Shown here: piece by piece, positions 34,968 to 42,115 of the stretch | How the letters are laid out: every line of letters begins with the position of its first letter | Numbering within the stretch: the stretch's first letter is position 1 | DNA from: a virus | Lineage: Duplodnaviria; Caudoviricetes | Direction: 5' to 3' (one strand) | Length of the DNA: 42,115 bases | IMG/VR virus record: IMGVR_UViG_3300032212_000042 | Coordinates: 1 to 42,115 of that record | Position numbers and translations under genes: made by a program | The notes under the pieces: model-generated | Seen by the model: only the letters and a program-made list of their open reading frames with translations | Database searches by the model: none | Told to the model about the DNA's origin: nothing

Positions 34968-35315
34968 ATGGCAACTGTATCAAAGGTATATGATGGTGCA
35001 GCAGAAATGCTCGGTATACTTGAAACGGGCAAGACTTTAAGTGCTAATGATACAGCAAGAATGACTCGTGCTTATGATCAGGTATTTGATGACCTAAAAG
35101 AATCAACCTTAGATGCATGGCCGTCATCAGGCCCGGTACCTGATCGATTTGTCCCGCATGTAGAGGCATTAATGGCCTTTAACGCTTCAGACACCTATCT
35201 AGTTCCTTCTGAAATTTTACAGCGCATTATTAATAAATCCTCCGTTGCAATGCGGGAAATACGCCGTCTATCTATTCCAGATTATGAATCTCTGGATAAG
35301 CCGGTTGATTACTAA
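34968..35315 (+). CDS. Head-tail adaptor (P22 gp4-like position)
   Basis: Helical 115 aa, A.EMLG...G pattern; precedes tail hub. Confidence 0.65.
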   Translation: MATVSKVYDGAAEMLGILETGKTLSANDTARMTRAYDQVFDDLKESTLDAWPSSGPVPDRFVPHVEALMAFNASDTYLVPSEILQRIINKSSVAMREIRRLSIPDYESLDKPVDY

Positions 35316-36841
35316 TGAAAGTTGATCTAGCCGTTGATTTAGAGATACAGGGATTCAGTGGTAGTGGTGTTTCTGATTATAATTCAGGTCTTACAAATTG
35401 CATTGTTACAAAAAACAACGTCACTCAGCGTCCCTCCATTAATATTACGGAAGATGGAGAGTCAATTGGTGCATTAAATGATCGTGCCAGGGGGCTTTAT
35501 TATTGGGAGAATAATTCAAAAAAATACATTGTCCATGATAATGATGTATACGAAACAACTCAGGATTCAGTTGCAGTAGGAACAATCACGGCAGGCACAG
35601 AAAGGGTAACGTTATTAGAGACGCTCGGCGCTACGCCTTACATGGTTGTTTTAGATGCAGAAAATGACGAAGGCTGGCTAATGAATGGAGCAACAACCGT
35701 TGTTGCAATTGCCAGTAACTTCCCATCAACATTGGTTCATGGCGGTGCTGTTTTAGATGGATTTTTATTGGTTATGGATGAAGATGGCATTATTTATAAT
35801 TCTACCGTACTTGATCCAACGACTTTTCCAGCGACTGGTTTTAAAAAAGCAGAAAGAGAAAATGATAAAGGTGTTTATCTGGGTAAGCATCATGACAATG
35901 TAGTTGCTTTTTTATCTCGATCAATTGAGTTTTTATATAATGCACAAAATTCAACGGGCAGCCCATTAAACAGACGACAGGATATTTCTTATAATATTGG
36001 CTGTGTGTCGGGCTTAAGCGTATGGGAAAACGGCGATGTTATTTATTTCTTAGGGAGTAATACAACAGGTCAGGTACAAATCTATAAATTAGAGAACTTC
36101 CAAATAACACCTATATCATCAGATGCGATTAACTCCTATGTAACGCAGGGATTAACACAAACAGGGCTTAAAATCTCGTTAAATGGCCTATCTGCCATGG
36201 GTCATGATATTCTTATATTAAATGTTTATACTCTTACTGGCGCGTCCCCCGGTACGATTGTGCCCAGTATTTCAGGCGCATATGATACGTTATCTAATAA
36301 ATGGGGATTTTGGAAAACTTGTGTTAATTCGCATACTACTTTCCCCTTAGTTGGTTGGACAAAACGAACCGGTGGACAAAACGAGACAGAAGCCGCGAGA
36401 ACGGGTGAAGGACTTTTCTATAATGGTGATGTTATAGAAATTAATGATGATTTAATGCCTGTTGATACATTGTTAGGCACGGCTGTTTATGAAGATGATG
36501 TCTATGATGTTGATGTGTATGCAACAACAGAGGGCGCGGGTTCAAATATAGAGGCGGTGATTAGAATAGGATTGGTGACAGGTGAGACACCCGGGTATAA
36601 GTTTCAAGCCCGTGAGACTGTTGAGATGGAGAATACGCCTTCTACTCAAACGCTCACTATTAAGCACTCGGATGAATCAACGAATAATTTTGACTCAGGC
36701 AATACGATTGACACAAGCTGCGATAGAAAAGAAGTGCATCGGGGCGGACGGTTTATGCGCCGAAACTACCAGCTTGAGTATTCAGGTGATGAACAGTTTT
36801 TTATGAAATACCTTGATCTTGATTTACGGGAGGGGTTATGA
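35315..36841 (+). CDS. Tail hub/packaged-DNA stabilisation protein (P22 gp10-like)
   Basis: 508 aa beta-propeller-like; QRP, LDGF, AE...D, IGC, C-terminal GRFMRR. Confidence 0.75.
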   Translation: MKVDLAVDLEIQGFSGSGVSDYNSGLTNCIVTKNNVTQRPSINITEDGESIGALNDRARGLYYWENNSKKYIVHDNDVYETTQDSVAVGTITAGTERVTLLETLGATPYMVVLDAENDEGWLMNGATTVVAIASNFPSTLVHGGAVLDGFLLVMDEDGIIYNSTVLDPTTFPATGFKKAERENDKGVYLGKHHDNVVAFLSRSIEFLYNAQNSTGSPLNRRQDISYNIGCVSGLSVWENGDVIYFLGSNTTGQVQIYKLENFQITPISSDAINSYVTQGLTQTGLKISLNGLSAMGHDILILNVYTLTGASPGTIVPSISGAYDTLSNKWGFWKTCVNSHTTFPLVGWTKRTGGQNETEAARTGEGLFYNGDVIEINDDLMPVDTLLGTAVYEDDVYDVDVYATTEGAGSNIEAVIRIGLVTGETPGYKFQARETVEMENTPSTQTLTIKHSDESTNNFDSGNTIDTSCDRKEVHRGGRFMRRNYQLEYSGDEQFFMKYLDLDLREGL

Positions 36842-38400
36842 GCCATGACCTTGATCCGCCGCCTTCCATTGTTGAACTGGTTAAAAATCAAAATGCTGAT
36901 TCCATCTGGAAAAAATGGTTTAATAATTTATATGAAAAGATTAAAGAGCTAGTGGCAGAAGAAGTACAAAAAACGGCATTTGGTGAACAGTCTGTTGCTG
37001 AGGCGACACCGATTTTTCAGGCTGATTTTTCCTATAATGTAAATTCTGATGTTTGGCATGACCATTCAAATAATGGGGCGGCAACTGTTGACTCACATCA
37101 ATTAAAAATAAGTACCGGCGCGGCGGCCAACCAATCAGCAGAAATACAATCAAGGGAGAGCGTTAAGTATCAGCCAGGGCAAGGCGGATTGGTTAGGGTG
37201 ACAGGAATATTTACAACAGGCGCTGCTAATTCAAAACAATTAATTGGAGTTGGTGACGCTAATGACGGTTTTTTCTTTGGCTATAACGGTGCGGATTTTG
37301 GTGTATTAAGACGCAAAGGCGGACACCGTGAAATCAGAACATTAACGATAACCACGGGTAGCTCAACCGCAGAAAATATCACAGTAACCATGGATGGTGA
37401 TACAGATGCAACGGTTGCAGTGACAGCGTCAGGTGATACTGATGTGACAGCAAATGAGATTGCGGCTCATGACTTTACAAATCTTGGTAGAGGATGGGAG
37501 GCGCATTCAGATGGTGATGGAACAGTTACTTTTATGTCACTAGACGCTGTATCGCACTCAGGGAGTTATTCTGTCTCAGGGACAACGGCTGTCGGTACAT
37601 TTGCGCAAGACTTAGCGGGTTTAGCGGCAACGGATACATGGATATTACAAACAGCATGGAGCCATGACAAGGGAAACGGGCAAGGTGAATTGCCTGTGAT
37701 GGACTGGACAAAAGGCAATATATTTCAGATTAGATACCAATGGCTAGGGTATGGGCTTATTGCTTTCTGGATTGAGAACCCATCAACTGGCTTACCGGTA
37801 AAGGTGCATCAGATAGAGTATGCTAACGCTAATACGAGCGTTTCAGTTAATAACCCAGCTCTACCTATTTGCTATCTTGTTGAAAATACCTCAAACACAT
37901 CAGACATTGTTTTAAACTCTGGTAGTGTTGGGGCTTTTGTTGAGGGCAAGGAATATGATGGACACGCACACCATGGGGCTGTGGCAAGTAGGGCAGGCGT
38001 AGACACAACAGAAGCGCCTGTCGTTATTATACATAATCCCCTTCTGTTTGAAGGGGTGCCAAATCGTGTTAGAGTAAAAATCATCACTGTGTCAGTGTCT
38101 GTGGATGGAACAAAAAACTGTATTTTCAGGCTAAGACGAGACGCAACATTAACAGGTGTTACGTACAGTGATGTAGAAGCAAATGTATCCGTTATGCAGT
38201 CAGATGAAACCGCAGCGGCGGCAATTAGTGGTGGTGATTCTATTTTCCCCGCAGGGTTATCAAAAGACGGCGGCGAGATTATGGATTTATCCACATCGAG
38301 CTTTTTTATTAACCCGGGCGAGACATTAGCAGGAACAGTTATGACTGTAGCTGGCACGACTGATGCGATTGTGTCCATTGACTGGGAAGAGCAATTTTAG
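36838..38400 (+). CDS. Tail-associated structural protein
   Basis: 520 aa beta-rich; KYQPGQG, GFFFGY, YQWLGYG. Confidence 0.6.
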   Translation: MSHDLDPPPSIVELVKNQNADSIWKKWFNNLYEKIKELVAEEVQKTAFGEQSVAEATPIFQADFSYNVNSDVWHDHSNNGAATVDSHQLKISTGAAANQSAEIQSRESVKYQPGQGGLVRVTGIFTTGAANSKQLIGVGDANDGFFFGYNGADFGVLRRKGGHREIRTLTITTGSSTAENITVTMDGDTDATVAVTASGDTDVTANEIAAHDFTNLGRGWEAHSDGDGTVTFMSLDAVSHSGSYSVSGTTAVGTFAQDLAGLAATDTWILQTAWSHDKGNGQGELPVMDWTKGNIFQIRYQWLGYGLIAFWIENPSTGLPVKVHQIEYANANTSVSVNNPALPICYLVENTSNTSDIVLNSGSVGAFVEGKEYDGHAHHGAVASRAGVDTTEAPVVIIHNPLLFEGVPNRVRVKIITVSVSVDGTKNCIFRLRRDATLTGVTYSDVEANVSVMQSDETAAAAISGGDSIFPAGLSKDGGEIMDLSTSSFFINPGETLAGTVMTVAGTTDAIVSIDWEEQF

Positions 38401-38407
38401 GTGAATT

Positions 38408-39571
38408 ATGAGTAAAATACTAGATAAAGCAGGCTTGGCGGTACCTATCAATGCTACGCAAAATGACAGTAACTTAGATTCATTGTCGGGCATTAATGAA
38501 CAACAAACGGGTACGACTTATACCGTTACAATAGATGATCAAAATAGAACAATTGAATTCTCTAATGCATCAACCGTTACAGTTACATTAACGTTAATTT
38601 CGACTATAACTGCAGCCCTCCATACCTCAGACTTTAAAGTCACACTTAAAAATATAGGTGCAGGGGACGTAGTAGTAACGCCGACAACAGATACATTTGA
38701 TGATGGCGATGCTACCAAGACACTTACTCAGTATGAATGGATAACCATTCAAACGGATCACGGACAAACCAAATGGAATGTGATTTCTTCAGCTCATGCC
38801 AGTAGCCTGGATGGAATTGAATCAACTCAGTTCTTAAGATCAGATGCAAATGATACCGGCACGGGAGATTATACGTTATCAGGAACAAACACGCATTCTG
38901 GCATGACTAACACGTTTAGTGGTGCAACGGTTACTTTTAACGGCACGACCGTTAATGCAAATCCAACCACGCTAAACATGGCCGGAACTACCGTCGCTAT
39001 TAGCGCAGGAACAGTCACGTTTAGCGGGACAACCGTCAATATTAATCCGACCACGACCACTTTTAATGGTACAACCGTCAATATCACAGCGACTAATTGG
39101 CAACGCGACGGAGTGTCAATTACATCCAGTGCTGCAGAACTTAATAAGCTGGATGGTACGACCATTCTTGAAGAAGCACTAGGGATTGATAGAACACAAG
39201 CAACCGGTGTAACTGTAACATCAGGCAGTACACAGGTGGTGTCTCATTCTGTGGGGACAGTTGTTGCGGGCGATATTATTTATGTCACGTCAAGATTATC
39301 TGGCACAAAAGGGGTGACAGGTGGAGCAACATATTACACGCTTAATAGTACAGGAACATCAACAATATCAGCAGATCCATTAGGCACTGATACTTTCGCG
39401 ATGTGGCGTGAAACAATTGTTGCCTCTGACTTTTTTAGATCGACTGACATTGTTATGTTTGAAGTAACAGTAGGCGGAACCTGTACATTAGCCATAGATG
39501 CAGTGTCAGCAGGAAGTAATTCGACGGGTTGTTCAGGGACTATTATTACACATGTTATAAGACCAGATTAA
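38408..39571 (+). CDS. Tail fibre/needle-like protein
   Basis: Thr-rich; LDGIESTQFLRSD, repeated TVTF(N/S)GTTVN, SAAELNKLDG fibre motifs. Confidence 0.7.
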   Translation: MSKILDKAGLAVPINATQNDSNLDSLSGINEQQTGTTYTVTIDDQNRTIEFSNASTVTVTLTLISTITAALHTSDFKVTLKNIGAGDVVVTPTTDTFDDGDATKTLTQYEWITIQTDHGQTKWNVISSAHASSLDGIESTQFLRSDANDTGTGDYTLSGTNTHSGMTNTFSGATVTFNGTTVNANPTTLNMAGTTVAISAGTVTFSGTTVNINPTTTTFNGTTVNITATNWQRDGVSITSSAAELNKLDGTTILEEALGIDRTQATGVTVTSGSTQVVSHSVGTVVAGDIIYVTSRLSGTKGVTGGATYYTLNSTGTSTISADPLGTDTFAMWRETIVASDFFRSTDIVMFEVTVGGTCTLAIDAVSAGSNSTGCSGTIITHVIRPD

Positions 39572-40050
39572 TGGAATTGCTAAACATTACATATTACCAG
39601 GATAAAACAAATGAAATAAAAGGATTTTCAGACAATCGTCTTATTAAGCAGAATGATGAGTTTAGGGAAAAAATAACTGATTTACAAAATACCATGCTTG
39701 AAATGGAATCGACACTAGATGAGTTTAAATTAACCCATCACTTTGCCCCGGGTGTTTATGCAAGGGAAATGTTTTTACCTCAAGGGCACACGATTGTAGG
39801 CAAGATACACAAACATGCCCACTTGAATATAATTCAAAAAGGGATTGTGGTAGTATCAACAGAAGAGGGCTCAAAAGAGATGAGTGGCCCTTGTGTTTTC
39901 ACTTCATATGCAGGCACTAAACGAGCTGTTTATATTAAAGAAGATGCAATTTGGATAACGATTCATGTAACAGATGAAACAGATTTAGAGAAAATTGAAG
40001 ATCAAATAATCGCGAAAGATTTTGATGCGATTGAGGATGGTGAGACATGA
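39571..40050 (+). CDS. Cupin-fold protein
   Basis: HHFAPGVYARE...GKIHKHAH...GTKR...W.TIH; start at ATG 39571 (TAATG). Confidence 0.7.
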   Translation: MELLNITYYQDKTNEIKGFSDNRLIKQNDEFREKITDLQNTMLEMESTLDEFKLTHHFAPGVYAREMFLPQGHTIVGKIHKHAHLNIIQKGIVVVSTEEGSKEMSGPCVFTSYAGTKRAVYIKEDAIWITIHVTDETDLEKIEDQIIAKDFDAIEDGET

Positions 40051-41657
40051 CTTGGGGTGTGACAGCAGTAGTCGGCGGTGTTGCTTCATTAGGTAGCGCC
40101 TATTTAGGCGCAGATGCGGCAAGAGATGCAGCAAGAACCACAGCAGGTGCAGCTGATCGAGCTGGTGCTTTAACACAGGCCCAGTATGAGCAGAATCGAC
40201 GAGATCAAATGCCCTGGCTTGATGTGGCCCGAGGCAGAGAAACAGGCACCACTTTTGATGAACAAGGATTTAATGCGGCACTTGAGCAATATAATCAACG
40301 TGTAGCGGATTTACGAGGCACGTTCGGTACCAGTACAGTTGCTCGTCAACGAGAAGCGGCTGCGATTGCTCAATTAGGGCCCCGTCCAACACAACCTGAT
40401 TTTGAAACAACCCAATATGAAGGCGGTGCACTTCAAAGATACGCTGATTACGGCCCTTCTCAAGTAGCCACTGGAGATTATATTCCTGCGTCAGATGCGC
40501 CTCAGTTCGATCAATATATTAATAATCTCCCTCAAATAAGATCAGATATACCGCAATTTGATGTACAAGGCGCAGTGCCTGAATTTACAGATCGTGGGAA
40601 TATTCAGCAATTTGATCCAACCGGTGAGTTTTCACGGTTTAACGTACAAAGTAATATTCCTACTGATGATATTCAGAGCAATATACCCCAGTTTGATGTA
40701 CAAGGTGATCAACCAGAATACAATCGATTAGTTGACATAAATCAAGATCCTGGCGTTCGATTTAGACAGCAAGAACAGGAGCGCGCAATAAACCGTAACT
40801 TCTCAAGAGGTGGTCTTTTATCTGGAAACCGTCTTGAGGAGATAATGAAGCGAAGCGGAGAGCTTGCTTCACAAGAGTATGCGGCGGCTGATGCAAGAAA
40901 TGTTCGTGATTATGATATAGCTAGGCAAAGAGAAGAAACTGGATATGGTCGTGATTTAACGGCGTTTGAACAAAACCGTCTTGCCGAACAAAGCCAGTAT
41001 GGTCGAGATGTGTCGGCATATGATAGAAGTCGAGCCGCCGAACAAGATCAATACGGGCGTGACTTAACAGCAGAAGACGCGAGATACGGGCGTGGTGTTT
41101 CAGCCTTTGATATTAACCGTGAGCAAGAGCAGTCCCAGTATGGTCGTGGACGATCTATTTATGACTTAGGGTATCGTCGAGAAGGTGATATTTATTCACG
41201 TGGATTAACCGTTTATGATGCGGCACGTCAAAATGAACTATCGCGTTATGGTCGAGATGTTGATGCTTATGGCCGTGCTTATGGTCTTGGAACAGATCAG
41301 TTTAATGCGGCGGCAACACGTGAGGGATTATTATATGGTCGAGGCGTGGCTGATTATGGTCGTGCCTATGGTGCAGAGACAGATTACTTAAACAGACTGG
41401 CCGCACAATCAAGATTAGGGCAAACAACGGCTTCTAATATTGCAGCCCAGGGCACAGCAGCAGCTAACAGTATTGGGGCTAATCTGGTTAACTCAGCACA
41501 AGCACAAGGGGCTGGAAGAATAGGTCAAGCCAGTGCTTATCAGGGTCTATTAGGTGATTTAACAGCTTTAGGCACCACTTATGCGGCTAATCGTCCTCCA
41601 CGCACAGTAACAGATTATAACCCAACCAATACACCGTATTTGCCAGCGAGGTACTAG
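40047..41657 (+). CDS. DNA ejection/pilot protein (P22 gp7-like)
   Basis: Gly/Ala N-terminus, AQYEQ.R.D..PW...G, DPG..F...E..RAI, LSG, LASQEY; internal repeats. Confidence 0.7.
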   Translation: MTWGVTAVVGGVASLGSAYLGADAARDAARTTAGAADRAGALTQAQYEQNRRDQMPWLDVARGRETGTTFDEQGFNAALEQYNQRVADLRGTFGTSTVARQREAAAIAQLGPRPTQPDFETTQYEGGALQRYADYGPSQVATGDYIPASDAPQFDQYINNLPQIRSDIPQFDVQGAVPEFTDRGNIQQFDPTGEFSRFNVQSNIPTDDIQSNIPQFDVQGDQPEYNRLVDINQDPGVRFRQQEQERAINRNFSRGGLLSGNRLEEIMKRSGELASQEYAAADARNVRDYDIARQREETGYGRDLTAFEQNRLAEQSQYGRDVSAYDRSRAAEQDQYGRDLTAEDARYGRGVSAFDINREQEQSQYGRGRSIYDLGYRREGDIYSRGLTVYDAARQNELSRYGRDVDAYGRAYGLGTDQFNAAATREGLLYGRGVADYGRAYGAETDYLNRLAAQSRLGQTTASNIAAQGTAAANSIGANLVNSAQAQGAGRIGQASAYQGLLGDLTALGTTYAANRPPRTVTDYNPTNTPYLPARY

Positions 41658-41658
41658 A

Positions 41659-42115
41659 ATGCCTATTAATGACTTAATAGCTGCCGGTGGCCGCCAAAAC
41701 AGATCGCCTATACAGCGTTTTTTAGAAGCTCGTTCACAAGCTGAAACTGAAAAAAGAAATAGACTTGCTTCTGAGGCCCAACAACAGTCTATTGATATTA
41801 ATAGAAGGAACCAACAGCTTAACGAGCAAAAGCAAAAGGCCGCGCTTGGGCAAGATTACGCCAAGGCCATTACGCCTATTGTTGAACAAGTTAATAAATT
41901 ACCAGAAGCCGAAAGACAGGACGCATGGCAACAGGCCGTGCCTGAAATTGAAAGAACCGCGCAACAGTTTGGTATCCCATTTGATGAACGCGCGGGTACA
42001 TGGAATCAGCAAAGGGCGGATGGTTTAATTAGTCAATTTGGTAAAACACAAAAAGCGCCAACAACGAGGACAGTGCTAGAAGGTGCTGAAAGAGTTAACC
42101 AGGAATGGGATGCTA
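41659..42115 (+). CDS. N-terminal part of ejection protein continuing across the junction into 1..828
   Basis: GAGG RBS, ATG 41659 (MPINDLIAAGGRQ...), open to contig end. Confidence 0.75.
   Translation, partial: MPINDLIAAGGRQNRSPIQRFLEARSQAETEKRNRLASEAQQQSIDINRRNQQLNEQKQKAALGQDYAKAITPIVEQVNKLPEAERQDAWQQAVPEIERTAQQFGIPFDERAGTWNQQRADGLISQFGKTQKAPTTRTVLEGAERVNQEWDA
41989..42115. repeat. Terminal direct repeat, copy 2
   Basis: Identical to 1..127. Confidence 0.95.

Noticed and set aside
38288-38296. Fourth TTATCCACA
   Set aside because: Isolated inside a tail CDS; compatible with chance.
41989-42115. 127-bp terminal repeat as a biological DTR
   Set aside because: It lies mid-CDS and its length equals a common assembler k-mer; best read as a circularisation overlap.
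1-42115. Stop-codon reassignment
   Set aside because: Core genes are full length in the standard code, and TAA, TAG and TGA all occur as real stops.

Overview
This is an apparently complete circular genome of an AT-rich tailed dsDNA phage with podovirus-type (P22/epsilon15-like) virion gene order. It is 41,988 bp unique; the last 127 nt repeat the first 127 nt. The late module (+ strand, 27166 through the junction to 7868) runs terS, terL, portal, scaffold, major capsid, decoration, a glycosyltransferase-like gene, adaptor, tail hub, tail/fibre genes, cupin, three ejection-type proteins, an SGNH tailspike-like protein and a lysis cluster. The early region (7.9-26.7 kb) has about 50 small accessory genes diverging from ~19.9 kb. 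It includes SSB-like, HNH, RusA-like, HTH, replication-initiator-like, ClpX-like AAA+ and GHKL-type genes; I recognise no integrase, CI repressor, polymerase, primase or helicase. Four signals stand out. (1) A 127-nt tRNA(Pro)-like RNA has its anticodon/variable region replaced by a ~75-nt structured insert and is preceded by ~400 nt of T-loop-containing RNA modules. (2) A RusA-like resolvase has its N- and C-terminal halves in two almost completely overlapping reading frames. (3) At least six single accessory genes are each bracketed by their own direct-repeat pair at gene junctions. (4) A stripped-down ClpX-like ATPase sits next to a motif-permuted GHKL/zincin-like protein. All assignments are by-eye motif and synteny calls; no database searches were run.
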